DNA of 64,000 nt from a virus (lineage: Duplodnaviria; Caudoviricetes). Below the pieces are notes generated by a model. It made no database searches. It was not told the DNA's origin and worked only from the letters and a program-made list of their open reading frames with translations. Below are positions 21,240 to 32,800 of the stretch, one piece after another. The stretch spans positions 160,001 through 224,000 of the IMG/VR virus record IMGVR_UViG_3300048598_000287. One strand, given 5' to 3'. Position numbers and translations under genes: made by a program. How positions within the stretch are numbered: position 1 is the stretch's first letter; each line of letters begins with the position of its first letter.

Positions 21240-22170
21240 TCCCCGCGATTCCTAAGATAATCGCAAGTATAGACAGCGAAATACATATAATTGGGATGTT
21301 CGTTTTATGAACATCCGCCTCAATGGCGCCGATCCTGTCACCCATTGATGCTATGCATGAAACAACTGACCTGTCTTGAACTATAACCTTATTAAGTTTG
21401 TCAACTACCTGACTTTGATTTGATCCATACTTTCCCAAGATGTCATAAATCTCATCCATTTTTCCTGCTAGTTCAACTATAGCGAATTCATTAGGAGGAT
21501 CAAGTACGTCCCCATCTTCATCAGATTGATTATAATCGGAAAATACCGATTTAAGCATATTGTCAGCAATAGAATAATCTTCTGAATATGGATTTCTAAT
21601 ATTCCTTCTATCAATTATCTTATCAGTTATTTTTTCAGACGGAAGTTTAGGCGAATCAAAGTTATCTATCGGTGTGGTAGGCAATATAGATGCCGGTATA
21701 GAACTATAATATTCTATAGAGTATCCGGATTTTTTCTCTACATGGGTAAGTGAAAAATTTCCAGGACCACTGTTTATGAATTTTATTCCATCATGTGAAG
21801 ATGATACCGAATACAGCATTATTTTCGTTATTAATCCTTCAGAAAGAAATGATCTGGCGGTTTGATTACCACCTAGAATGAATACATCATTCCCTATTTT
21901 TTTTGCCATAGCAAGTGCAGTGTATACATTATTTGTATACGCAGTATTTTTTTGTTTTGCCTTGAAATTTCCAGAAAAAATTATTCTACCAGAAACGCGC
22001 GTCCTATGAAAGCAGCTAAGTTCATTGTATGCATTTTTCCCTAGTATAATTGTTTTTCCCTTAATTACACTTTCCATTGCCTTATGAATTTCCGTGCAAT
22101 CCCATGGAATCTTAGTTCCGTCTCCTATCGTATGATTGGCATCTATTGTAAGCATCAATGTTATATTCAT
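21229..22170 (-). CDS. DHFR-like domain fused to a coiled coil and C-terminal transmembrane helix
   Basis: IGDGTKIPW, IILGK and VFILGG DHFR motifs; C-terminal IPIICISLSILAIILGIAGIVF. Confidence 0.7.
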   Translation of the reverse strand: MNITLMLTIDANHTIGDGTKIPWDCTEIHKAMESVIKGKTIILGKNAYNELSCFHRTRVSGRIIFSGNFKAKQKNTAYTNNVYTALAMAKKIGNDVFILGGNQTARSFLSEGLITKIMLYSVSSSHDGIKFINSGPGNFSLTHVEKKSGYSIEYYSSIPASILPTTPIDNFDSPKLPSEKITDKIIDRRNIRNPYSEDYSIADNMLKSVFSDYNQSDEDGDVLDPPNEFAIVELAGKMDEIYDILGKYGSNQSQVVDKLNKVIVQDRSVVSCIASMGDRIGAIEADVHKTNIPIICISLSILAIILGIAGIVF

Positions 22171-22207
22171 ATGTTCCAGATAATATCACATACTTAAAAT
22201 ATAATTT

Positions 22208-23587
22208 TCACCGGAAATATATATGAAGATTCTTTGACGCTCTGGTAAAAGCCGTATATTTAAGCTTGTTACGCTCAACGATATCCCAGTCTAACCTGTT
22301 TATATCGTTTTCCACCACATATACATTATCTATAGTAGATCCCTGTGCTTTGTGCACCGTCATAGCATATGTGTAATTTACATAGCAGAAGGAATTTACG
22401 AAATCGTAATAATTAGACCAGGCTTCCCTCCGGGTATACATTTTCCCTCCGCTTATTGGATCCACCTGTGTACAATGCATTCTTGCAGTATTTATAAGGT
22501 TATTCTTTGCTATGATATATGCAGAACGTCCTGCAAAAGACAGCACTTTAACATGCCGTTCACTACGTTTCTTACTGTTTGCGGCATAATTATCAACTAG
22601 TAAATCCCACGATGGAATTGCATTTTCTGAATCAAATGTCTTTACTGCCGCTTTAACCGAAAGCCGTTCTCCGTTTGCATATACCTGCATATCAGCTCCA
22701 CCGGCCAATTTAACTGTATATCCCTCTGTAACGACAAGATCGTCTCCTGGAACATATTCATCAACATCATTGCCAAATATGTTACGTCTTATATATCCGT
22801 TAGATGCATCTACAGCTTCGTTAGTATAAGCTAGAAGCCGGCAATAATTTTTATTCTCCACATAATTGTCTGATTTAAAATCGGAAAGAAGATTATCAAA
22901 AAAAATCGGCTTCATCGTATAAAAATGAACTCCATTTCCTAACGAGTTTACCTTGTCCTCCCGAACGAACAGGTCATTTGGGCATAGAAGGTTTTCTCTG
23001 ATTGGAGTAACTATATCAAGTATAGGATTATCATCAGAAACCCGCATGACTTTTGTGAGCTTATATATATGGCTAATGGATTTGAACACTGCCGAACTTT
23101 TATATTTCACAGGAGGAAGCTGTGCTTCATCACCGACATATAGTAGTTTAAGCTCGTTATATTGGGCCATTACCGAATGTATCATGACAAGAAGTTCATC
23201 ATTTATCATTGAAGCTTCATCTATGACGATTAGCTTATATTTTCCGGCAAATCCAGAACTATCGCGGATGAGAATTTTACCTTTATCTTCGTTATTTTCA
23301 AGTTTAAGTCCAAGAATGGCGCATATTGTCTTATCATATTCTTTTCCGCTTCTTTGCGAAAGTACGCGGACAGCTTCATTCGTATATGCAGTACAATAAT
23401 ATTTTATATGAAGCTCTTTAGTGACTTCTTTTAAAAATACATTCAGCAGTGATGTCTTTCCAGTACCTGCGGCTCCTGTTAGTACCATTTCTCGCTCTGA
23501 TTTATCCTTCATGAACGTCATCATATCGGCAAGACCGTTACGCTGATCCAGGCTTAGCTGTTTTTTCGTTATAAGATACGGGGTCAT
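22208..23587 (-). CDS. dda: Dda-like SF1B DNA helicase
   Basis: GAAGTGKT, DEASMI, GDEAQLPPV, LAYTN, YAMTVHKAQGST, YTAFTRA. Confidence 0.9.
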   Translation of the reverse strand: MTPYLITKKQLSLDQRNGLADMMTFMKDKSEREMVLTGAAGTGKTSLLNVFLKEVTKELHIKYYCTAYTNEAVRVLSQRSGKEYDKTICAILGLKLENNEDKGKILIRDSSGFAGKYKLIVIDEASMINDELLVMIHSVMAQYNELKLLYVGDEAQLPPVKYKSSAVFKSISHIYKLTKVMRVSDDNPILDIVTPIRENLLCPNDLFVREDKVNSLGNGVHFYTMKPIFFDNLLSDFKSDNYVENKNYCRLLAYTNEAVDASNGYIRRNIFGNDVDEYVPGDDLVVTEGYTVKLAGGADMQVYANGERLSVKAAVKTFDSENAIPSWDLLVDNYAANSKKRSERHVKVLSFAGRSAYIIAKNNLINTARMHCTQVDPISGGKMYTRREAWSNYYDFVNSFCYVNYTYAMTVHKAQGSTIDNVYVVENDINRLDWDIVERNKLKYTAFTRASKNLHIYFR

Positions 23588-23641
23588 ATTGCCTTCTTAT
23601 GAATTTGCATCAAATATACACATTTGCATAGCGTTTGGCAA

Positions 23642-24730
23642 TCAATATATTGTTGTCATGAACTGTGTGGCGTCAATCGCATCGCCTATGGAATCATATA
23701 TTCTTGCCTCATGATTAATGCTCTGATGATCGTATTTAAGCCTGGTGCATAGATCTTCTATGCGAGCTTCTCTATCTTTAGCATTATATGCCTTTTCATT
23801 TATTCCTATCCGTGATCTTTCCGGACGAGGCAACGTCCGTAATTTCAACAGGCATCTTAGCGCATTGTCAAGCTTGTTCATCTTGACATCATAGATATAT
23901 CGATAATAGAATCCTTCTGCCCTGTCAGGAGAATTTTCTATCATATCCATAGTGAGTTCATTAGCAAGATCAAATTTCCCATTAGTCAATGCCGCACTGG
24001 CAACATAGTCAGCGGCAATCAATACTTCCTCGAATTCCCAGTATGGAAATTCAGCCAAGCAAATTTCATACCATATTCTGGCCAAATGCTTGTTTCCCAT
24101 GTCCTTATATGTGGTTGCTATATAATATGCAGTACGAAGAGAATGTCCGTCTTTCCACCATTTTATAAGAGCTCTAAGATTTCTGGATACATCACGTTTA
24201 CGCTTAAAATTTATAAAGTCATTCCTGAAAGTTATCACTTTCTTGTTTTCACATGAATCTATTACATATTCATGTATAGGATTCACAAAAGTCGAGCTTT
24301 TTCGAAGAGATATTCTAAGCCTAGGAAAATTGAACCGTTTCGTTATGGTGGTAAACATGACGATATTAACTGCCGGATATTTAGACGTAGCTTTATCAAA
24401 TTTATTTCTTACTTCAATAGGATTGGTAAGCATATCATTTACATCTACCCACATCGCATATTCTTTAGTAGCAAGTGAATATCCATAATTTTTTGCCTTT
24501 CCAAAATCAAAGTTACCGTCATCATCTGAAAATGCCGAGCCAACCGCATCTATAATAACCGGAATACGTGCCGATTTCTTAAATTTTCTTGCTTCATCAA
24601 TGGTGCCATCAGTAGATCCAGTATCCACCACTATGATCTCATCGGCAAGACCTACTAGTCGGTCAAGGCATTCGCGTATTTTACCCGCACCATTTTTTAC
24701 AACCAAAGATACTGAAAGTTCGTGCCGCAT
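23642..24730 (-). CDS. Glycosyltransferase family 2 with TPR-like C-terminus
   Basis: VVKNG, DEIIVVDTGSTDGT, FDFGKAKN, IHE; helical repeats. Confidence 0.8.
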   Translation of the reverse strand: MRHELSVSLVVKNGAGKIRECLDRLVGLADEIIVVDTGSTDGTIDEARKFKKSARIPVIIDAVGSAFSDDDGNFDFGKAKNYGYSLATKEYAMWVDVNDMLTNPIEVRNKFDKATSKYPAVNIVMFTTITKRFNFPRLRISLRKSSTFVNPIHEYVIDSCENKKVITFRNDFINFKRKRDVSRNLRALIKWWKDGHSLRTAYYIATTYKDMGNKHLARIWYEICLAEFPYWEFEEVLIAADYVASAALTNGKFDLANELTMDMIENSPDRAEGFYYRYIYDVKMNKLDNALRCLLKLRTLPRPERSRIGINEKAYNAKDREARIEDLCTRLKYDHQSINHEARIYDSIGDAIDATQFMTTIY

Positions 24731-24733
24731 GAG

Positions 24734-25432
24734 TTACCCATTATTATATCCGTCATCAGACAATTGCTCTATGATTTTCTTTGATTCTTCATCAGGAGAT
24801 GAACCCGTCTGCCCGGAAGAACCATCAGTAGATATATCACCGGATTCCTTGGCATTCTTTTCGTCTTCATCGATCTGCTTATTTGTATCAACGGCGAATT
24901 CATCTATTGATGAATATGTGCTCATCGTTCCCTCGTTAAGAGGAACGAAATGAATCTTTTTACTTCTCGCAGAAAGTTTATTATGAGCCTGAATGAAAGC
25001 GCAAAATGTGATTTTACCAAGATAATAATATGGATCGGCATTTTTAGCTTTTTCCATCTTTTCAGGGTCAAAATTATGCGAATGCTTTATAAGAAGTTCT
25101 ATTGCGCGGTCACGCATTTCCTGCTTCCAGTCATTAGTATATCCACGCCATTTATGATTGCCAAGATTTTTATCAATTACTACATTAAAAACGTATCCAA
25201 GGGCATTAGATACTGGATAATCATTTCCATATTTCCGTCTCTTATCACGAAGTTCTACAAGAAGGTTAGTAAGGATCTTCTTATCTATTCTTCCGCTTCT
25301 CATCTGAAAATCGAATGCGGCCAGCTGTACAGGAGACCAGTCATATCCGCTATCGGGATATGTTTCTTGCTGATATTCGTGCATGCCTGAATTTGCGTCT
25401 TGTGCCATGTATTCCTCAATACTTGTATACAT
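24734..25432 (-). CDS. gp55: Late-transcription sigma factor (T4 gp55-like)
   Basis: GYTNDWKQEM...HNFDPEK...DPYYYLGKITFCAFIQ matches gp55 GYT.SWKQEM..HNFD..NP.AY.T..FNAFVQ. Confidence 0.85.
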   Translation of the reverse strand: MYTSIEEYMAQDANSGMHEYQQETYPDSGYDWSPVQLAAFDFQMRSGRIDKKILTNLLVELRDKRRKYGNDYPVSNALGYVFNVVIDKNLGNHKWRGYTNDWKQEMRDRAIELLIKHSHNFDPEKMEKAKNADPYYYLGKITFCAFIQAHNKLSARSKKIHFVPLNEGTMSTYSSIDEFAVDTNKQIDEDEKNAKESGDISTDGSSGQTGSSPDEESKKIIEQLSDDGYNNG

Positions 25433-25452
25433 TGATAAAATACATTTTACAA

Positions 25453-25478
25453 AAAACGCCAGCTTATGCTGGCGTTTT
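25453..25478. terminator. Rho-independent terminator
   Basis: aaaacgccagc-ttat-gctggcgtttt. Confidence 0.75.
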
Positions 25479-25498
25479 AATCTAATGTAAGATAATGG

Positions 25499-26032
25499 TT
25501 AAGATGCAATTCCGGATTCAGGAGATATGCATTTTTCCTGGTCATCCTTTGAAAGAAGAGAAAGAACGCCACGGCTAGGAAGACTGGCAATAGTGCTCCT
25601 AATCTTTTCGAACTTCCATCGTTCTATGCCAGAATATCTATCATACCATGCCGATTTACCTGACATTTTCTTGCTATAAAACTGATACAATACATTCATA
25701 TAGCAGAACACTGGGAACACTGCCTTAGACGATTCTTTTTCCTGATAAAATGTTACTTGCGGAAATCGTTCACTAAGTTTATCAATTGTTTCATCAGTAG
25801 GAATCAAAAACCGGTATTTCCACGGATAGGTGAATTTTCCATCAGAATCGATGTCAATTCCCCTGATGTTAAATTTACCATCCTTGTTTACCCTAAGCAC
25901 CGCGGTGTTAAACTGTGTGAAATTCATGTAATATCCACCCTGGAATACATGATCGTCAACTACGGTTGTTTCTATTCCTGATTTTTCTTTAAGAATGCCG
26001 GCGAGAGAATCTAGAAATTGTTTTACATTCAT
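25499..26032 (-). CDS. Hypothetical protein
   Basis: 177-aa ORF with GAGG RBS. Confidence 0.7.
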   Translation of the reverse strand: MNVKQFLDSLAGILKEKSGIETTVVDDHVFQGGYYMNFTQFNTAVLRVNKDGKFNIRGIDIDSDGKFTYPWKYRFLIPTDETIDKLSERFPQVTFYQEKESSKAVFPVFCYMNVLYQFYSKKMSGKSAWYDRYSGIERWKFEKIRSTIASLPSRGVLSLLSKDDQEKCISPESGIAS

Positions 26033-26038
26033 ATGACC

Positions 26039-26581
26039 TCATTTATATTCGTATGATACTATGTCTTTAATGGTTTCGTTTTCTTTTACCGGAATAAACA
26101 TAGGAAACATATGGTCATAAATCAAGGCTCCTTCGTCGCCAGATATTTCCGGGCAGGTGTCAGCAGTAACCATGGAAAGGTCTATCTCGATTTTTTCTTT
26201 AAGAAAGGCATCGAGCTCAGCATCAATGGCACGCTGACGTTCAATTGCGTCTTTATATTTATCCGCCAAATCAGTCTGCTGCTTAGTAAATTCAGCACCC
26301 TGGTCAGGGCTAAGCGCCTTTAATTTAAGATCGAACTCCCTTGGATTGTCTATATGATCAATTCCATATGCTTTTGCAATTTCACGAAGATCCGTACGAT
26401 ATTTACAATATTCCTCATCTGGAGGAAAAGCATCTATCATACTATCGACTTCCTTTTGCGTAGTTTCAATGTTTTTATGCATGGCATATCTGAATAGGCT
26501 GCTAATTTTTCCTGAAAACTTAGCTCTCTTGAAAGCCTGATTCATATCAAATATAGCCTGGTGTGTCATCAATCGTTTCAT
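26039..26581 (-). CDS. Hypothetical protein
   Basis: 180-aa helical ORF. Confidence 0.7.
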   Translation of the reverse strand: MKRLMTHQAIFDMNQAFKRAKFSGKISSLFRYAMHKNIETTQKEVDSMIDAFPPDEEYCKYRTDLREIAKAYGIDHIDNPREFDLKLKALSPDQGAEFTKQQTDLADKYKDAIERQRAIDAELDAFLKEKIEIDLSMVTADTCPEISGDEGALIYDHMFPMFIPVKENETIKDIVSYEYK

Positions 26582-26621
26582 ATGGTTATCCTATGATTAT
26601 ATTTCATAACTAATATATATT

Positions 26622-28853
26622 TTAATTAACGTTTTCAGATATATTTTCCAGTTTTCCCATACTAGAAAATAGTCCGTTATTATCAATATTCTGCTTATAA
26701 TCGAAAAGATCTTGAATTATAGTCGCTCGATGGGTAACGGCAAATATAACCGGGGTTTTCTGAACGCGATTTCGTACTAGAGTAACCATTTCTCTCAAAG
26801 ATTTGTCATCTGTAGAAATATCCAGTATTTCATCAAGGAAAAGGCAGTTAATTTTAAAATCAGCAATATTAAAAACGAAATCGCAGAATGCCATGGCTAT
26901 TGCAAATCCTACTTTACGTTTCTGCCCTTGGGATAGCATCACATATTCAGGGGCAGTACCTAATGAAGAATAGAATGTATATTTCATTGTTTTATCAAAT
27001 ACGAAATCAAACGGAAGATCAAATAACCTAAGGTTTTCTACCACAGCAGCATTGAAATATGGGACAAATAGCTTTATTATATAAGATTTAAGTCCATCAT
27101 CAGAACACATATAATTTATGTATTTGCATAGGCTAATCTTATCAGAAAACGCCTTTACATTTTCAGTAGCCGATTGTAAGTCGTTTGTAAGTTCGTCTAA
27201 GCGCTGTTTAGACGCATTCATAACGGCATCATCTGAATTATTTTCTTCGGACGATATGATGGATTTAAGCTTGTCAATTCCGGCATTATTGGAATTACGC
27301 ACATATACGGCAGTATTATATTCATCAGAAGCCTTCTGATATATATCCGAAGAAGATTGTAACTCGGATATCTTATGTTCGGCAGATTCTTTAATTCCGG
27401 TGACTTCATCTATTTTTTTCTGTATGCTTAATTCATCCGTGCCATATTTTAAAATCGCCGACATATTAATGCGTATCCGTTCAGACACGCTTTGAAGTTT
27501 ACCCTTTATCGGAAGATATGAAGATACGTACTTTGTATATTCGTCTATTTTTTTTGTTGTATCGGAAAGTTTATCCTCGGATTGTTTCTTAGCTAAAGAT
27601 AACTCAGATGCGGAAGTTTCCGCCGTTGAGATATTTAACACCAGCATTTTTTGCTGATCATCAAGATCACGCCATGATTTTCTAAGAGATGCCTTTATTT
27701 TTTCAACATCATCTTCGGTAGATAGTTTTCCACATGTTTTGCATGGAATTCCTGGTTTAGCCATGGCAGCTTCGGATTCAATATCCTTTTTTTGCTTTCC
27801 AATGGAGGATATATTTGCCTTAGTTGATGTTATAGAAAATTCAATCTGGTTTATTTTATAAGTAAGCTTTGTTATTTCCGAGTTCAATTCGGAAGCGGTT
27901 TTATTAAGAATGGCTATTCCAAATTCACCGGCCTTTTCTTCGGCTGAGGAAACGGCGGACGAAAGCTCGGCTTCCACCTTCTTATCAGCTGCTATATCGG
28001 AAAGCTTCTGTATGCATCCAGAAAGGGCATTTAATTCAGAAAGGGAAGATGATAATTCAGATTGAGCTGAAGAATATATGGAAAATGCCTCGTTTGCCAG
28101 TTTTTTAGCTGCTTCGGTTTCCGATACTTTTGTTTCAAGGGCAGATGAATTCTTTTGCAGTTCATAAAGTTCATCTCTAAGTTTTTGAATTTCCGCACGT
28201 TTCTTGCTGTTAAGCGTATTTATTATGCCATTTGTGTATTGCATGTCGCTAGTTATTCTAGAAATCGACTTTTCCGCAACATCAAATTGCAATTCAGAAT
28301 CACCAAGCACCTTATTGTTACATTTTTTCCATTTATCCGTGCTTACTGATATAACGCTTTCAATAAGTTTTCTCTTTTCCTCTGCCTTCATTTCAACGAA
28401 AGGAACGGTCTCCTGTGAATTAAGGGCAACAACATACTTAAAAAACACTATGTTGAACCCTAATATGCGATTTTCAAAATCCTTCTGAGAAAGCGTAGCG
28501 CGGCGATCCTGTTCAACATTGTCTATTATTATAGAGAACGATGACTTCATATTCGGCTTAACACGTCTCTCAATATGATATGAATGATGATCAGCACCAA
28601 AATCAACATCAAAATCAAGGGTAGTTAACATGTCGGAATTCTTATTTTCTGTATTTTTTAGATCTCCTATAGTCCCGCCTCTATAAGAGGTACCGAACAG
28701 CACGAAAGTAAGTGCTTCTATAATAGTAGACTTTCCATATCCATTAGCAGCATTAAGATAGGTAAGCCCGGGCAAAAACTGAACAGTATTAGGAATATCC
28801 CCATATGACATGAAATTTGTAAATACTAGTTTTTTAAAGTTTACATTATGCAT
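26622..28853 (-). CDS. gp46: Recombination endonuclease ATPase subunit (gp46/SbcC/Rad50-like)
   Basis: NFMSYG, NGYGKST, CKTC zinc hook, LSQGQ, FLDEILD; likely start MHNVNFKK. Confidence 0.9.
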   Translation of the reverse strand: MHNVNFKKLVFTNFMSYGDIPNTVQFLPGLTYLNAANGYGKSTIIEALTFVLFGTSYRGGTIGDLKNTENKNSDMLTTLDFDVDFGADHHSYHIERRVKPNMKSSFSIIIDNVEQDRRATLSQKDFENRILGFNIVFFKYVVALNSQETVPFVEMKAEEKRKLIESVISVSTDKWKKCNNKVLGDSELQFDVAEKSISRITSDMQYTNGIINTLNSKKRAEIQKLRDELYELQKNSSALETKVSETEAAKKLANEAFSIYSSAQSELSSSLSELNALSGCIQKLSDIAADKKVEAELSSAVSSAEEKAGEFGIAILNKTASELNSEITKLTYKINQIEFSITSTKANISSIGKQKKDIESEAAMAKPGIPCKTCGKLSTEDDVEKIKASLRKSWRDLDDQQKMLVLNISTAETSASELSLAKKQSEDKLSDTTKKIDEYTKYVSSYLPIKGKLQSVSERIRINMSAILKYGTDELSIQKKIDEVTGIKESAEHKISELQSSSDIYQKASDEYNTAVYVRNSNNAGIDKLKSIISSEENNSDDAVMNASKQRLDELTNDLQSATENVKAFSDKISLCKYINYMCSDDGLKSYIIKLFVPYFNAAVVENLRLFDLPFDFVFDKTMKYTFYSSLGTAPEYVMLSQGQKRKVGFAIAMAFCDFVFNIADFKINCLFLDEILDISTDDKSLREMVTLVRNRVQKTPVIFAVTHRATIIQDLFDYKQNIDNNGLFSSMGKLENISENVN

Positions 28854-28912
28854 AGTATACCTATTGATAATACGATTATTAAATATACAAAAATATATCC
28901 ATGCCGGCAATG

Positions 28913-29851
28913 TTAATCGTTCAAAAGATTAATGGAATATCTCAATATCTGCAAGGACTTCTCCGGGCATATTATTGGACTCATACATAGAGTGGTGTTT
29001 CCATATTTAACGAACTGCCATGGAAATTTGGTTCCCGCAATATTAAACGGGCGTCGTGAAATTATAACAAAAGGATCATATGTACTCGTCTTATTAAGAT
29101 CTATAGATTTGATATTTTCGGAAAGGGCCAGATTTGTAAACCCGTTAGAGGACGATATTACCTTTACATATCCGGGATTACCATCGCTTTCAAGAAGTAT
29201 GGTCGGCTTTGTTTTTTTCTTTGCCAGAGGGCCAAACACCAGGTTCGCCTTTGATTTAATTATCCGTAGATATTCATGGAAGTTAAAATATCCTATAGGC
29301 ATGATGCGGGTATCACGCATCTGCTCTGTGATTGAAAAATATCGGTTGATCATTGGTTCATAATACTTGCCATTATCATAATTCAGCCGGGCAAGCATCT
29401 CATTTATTGCTTTAACATCCCGTAATCTTTTACATGTTAGCATTATATGTTTTCCTGAAGAATCCATTATTGTATTTTTTGATGATCCATTGGCAAATGA
29501 AAATGGACCTATATAGGTATTTTCCGATATAATTAGCCTTGATTTAGGGAAAAAATTAAGCCCATCAAGAATGGCCCGGAATGTAGAATCATCGGACACA
29601 TCGGACGATTTAATGTCAAGCGTTACGGAATCGTCTATCACATAATATTCAGTATCACCATATCCATGTATAATGACTGCTTTAACGACACTGCCATACG
29701 CATTTTCGAATTCCGTGTGCGATGCTATAACGTAGCTTTTGAGCACAGTACCTTCGCATAGTCCAAGTGCTTTTGCAATGGTCATGTAATCTTTGTTTGC
29801 ATTTTTAGTATATATGTATTGAACTGTATCGGTTATCTGTTGAACGATCAT
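28913..29851 (-). CDS. Hypothetical protein
   Basis: 312-aa ORF coupled to the baseplate gene. Confidence 0.7.
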   Translation of the reverse strand: MIVQQITDTVQYIYTKNANKDYMTIAKALGLCEGTVLKSYVIASHTEFENAYGSVVKAVIIHGYGDTEYYVIDDSVTLDIKSSDVSDDSTFRAILDGLNFFPKSRLIISENTYIGPFSFANGSSKNTIMDSSGKHIMLTCKRLRDVKAINEMLARLNYDNGKYYEPMINRYFSITEQMRDTRIMPIGYFNFHEYLRIIKSKANLVFGPLAKKKTKPTILLESDGNPGYVKVISSSNGFTNLALSENIKSIDLNKTSTYDPFVIISRRPFNIAGTKFPWQFVKYGNTTLCMSPIICPEKSLQILRYSINLLND

Positions 29852-32800
29852 GTTGACTTCCTGAACGTAAGAGCTATCTTTCTTGCACTTCCCCTAGGCA
29901 GTCTGACATATAAAACGATGTCTATCGCATTTTTATTACTCTGAAGGGAAATGTAACTTTTATCTTGTAAAATTACTACTCTGGGCTCATATTTTTCTAC
30001 TAACGTGATGCACTCGGAAAGTATCTTGGCTTCTCCGTTTATATCAGTTATTATTTCGAATACCCGCTTTTCCAACGTAGATCCGAATTCGTCATCATAC
30101 AGTCTCTCTCCGGCATTGGTAAGAAGGATAGTATATACATTCTGCATCAGATTATTTTCATCTGCCGTTATAGAAAATGAAGAATATGCAAGATCCTTGG
30201 TATATACTGGTTCAAGATTAACCTGTGAAAATTTCGATATTGAATTCGTGCCTATTATGCTTGATGATATATCCTTACTGGCTTCTCCTGGAGAAACTAT
30301 TGCTATGTATGTAACATTAGTCCATTCGCATTTAGGATATCCGTCGTTATCAAATCCGACAAATGCCTGCACTGCTATTTTACTGCCTATTATTCCAGGA
30401 TTTTCGACCGTTATACTCTTTCTATCAGAGGTAGCGGAAATTATTGAAGATATCACATCCTTTCCTTCGATCTTAAAGTGAACTATGTTATTAAGATAAT
30501 TCTGATTAAATAGGCCTCCCTTTATTTCATCAATGAGCAGAACGATATTTTCCGAAGAAGAATAAGACGGCTTAGAAGACGTTATATATACCGGACATCC
30601 GGTAGATACAAATATTTCGCGGATTTCCACATTAGATTTCCTTCCGCATGAATCTATCACATAATATTGCCTATATTGAGAACCTAGAACATTGGTATCT
30701 ATAACTCCGCTCATGACGATTTTTGATGAGAGATCATTTCCGTAGTAATCAGTCGCAGTTATATCATTCGGTTCCACCCATTCGGAATATTGTTTAACTT
30801 CCATGTATTTATCATCAGACGATATAGATATTGTAGGCGCTTGTGCAACTCTCTCGGATAGATAATAGCCAATGTCTACCTGTGGAGATATAACTTCTCC
30901 GGAAGTAGGACCGCTCCATAAAACCGCAAATGAATGCGTCCCTATAAATGCATCTGCTAACTTTATTTTCATGGTGCTTGCATCATCTTGAATGATATCA
31001 GAAATGGCGAAATTTGTAGTATCACTTACGGCAAGCGTATATGAAGTGGTTTCTGTTGTAGTATTCTGCGTTATGCTATTTCTTTCCTCTACTGTTATAG
31101 ATCCACTGGGGTTTTCCGGAGTAGATGGATTTATATAGAATACGAACATCATGTCATCATACGATGTATCCCCATGGGAAACCGATAATGCATCATTCAT
31201 CTGTAATTCATACGTTATGGAGTTATTATCGCCATCAAGATCAATATTTTTAAATGCTGCCGTATTTGTTGAATAGGCATATCCATATTGTTCTAATTTA
31301 TCCGGATGGCATGTCCTGAAAATAGGAAGTCCATTGACATAGGCCACATTATCTATGTATTTATCATAGACGGAATCGTCTTCTGACGGCGAAAGAAGTG
31401 ATCCTGACGTTTCTGCAGCAGAGGTAATGGCATATGCCTCTTCGCCTGTATATTTAGTAGTATGTGTAGAATCTGTATAGATATTACTATAATTAATGAC
31501 GTCCGTTTCATTAATCTTAGTATTGAATACTTCCACCCAGGACTGCTCGTTGGTATTAGGATCTACTACAAGAACTTCAGTGACAGTTGTCCATCCAAGC
31601 CATATCCACCTTAAATGAAACAAGGCAGATTTAAGTGTAACCGTGGCCGTATCAGTTGCGTTTACAACAATGTCATCCACGGTTGAAAATGATCCGTTCT
31701 GCGTAGATCTAGTGATGTCCATATTTTGAAGATTAACTCCACGGAAACTTAATATATCACCTGAAGAAACACATGCTTTCGTTGAAGGAAACGACACTGG
31801 GCCATACCACTCAGCATATTTATGCAGAAGAGTATCCGTATATCTATTGCCGACACATATCTTAAGTATTCCTGTACTAAGCTCAGAATCATACATTCTA
31901 ATATTGAATGTAAATGATGATTGTGCAGAATTTCCGGATACAGATCCGATAGTCCCGATATTGCTAATTCTTCCTATAGATGAATATATTCCAGGATTAC
32001 CATATGCCAAAGTAATCGTCCTAACCGTATCGTCTATGGCGACGGCTTCTCCGGTTACCGTAAATGTCATCACATGCTCATTATCACTGGTATTAGCCAT
32101 TCCAGTAAGTTCTACTGATATGTCAGTATCTACGTTTGGAATAGATATGACTACCTTGCTATGATTTCCGGCAGAATCAGTAAATTCGAATGATGAATTC
32201 CCGAATTTCTTTATCGTTACTGATAATTTTATGAATTTATTTCCGACAAGCTGTATATCGGTAGGAATTTTGCTTCCATTAAGCAAAACGATATCATTAA
32301 CATCAGACACATACATATCAAATGGCGTATTATATGACTGAATGAGAGAATTAACATAAATTACAGGCGGCTTCTCATCTATCTGAATATACATACGGTT
32401 AGAATAACTTCCGGTATCAATTCCGGTATCTTTTATAGTAATGGATGTAAGCGGATTATACATGTATAATGGCTGTACCCCAGCACCACCTATCTTGCCA
32501 TTTATATAAGTGATCTCATCATCAGAAAACTTGACGTAAGTGATCGCCGAAGGATCAAATTCAGTGTCAGAATATCGGGGAACATATGATTTCGTAATCT
32601 GTATCCAGTCATAATCCGATCCATCTTCAGATATAACCATATAATAATTTTCAGCATAGTGGATATACGATGGATCATTAGAATCAATGGGAAAATTTGA
32701 TCCATGTCCAGCGGCATATATTCCGGTAGATATGAAAGTGACAATGTCTCCGCTAAGAAATTCGCTGCTCACCTTAAATTGAGTCGCCGTTGCCGTATTC

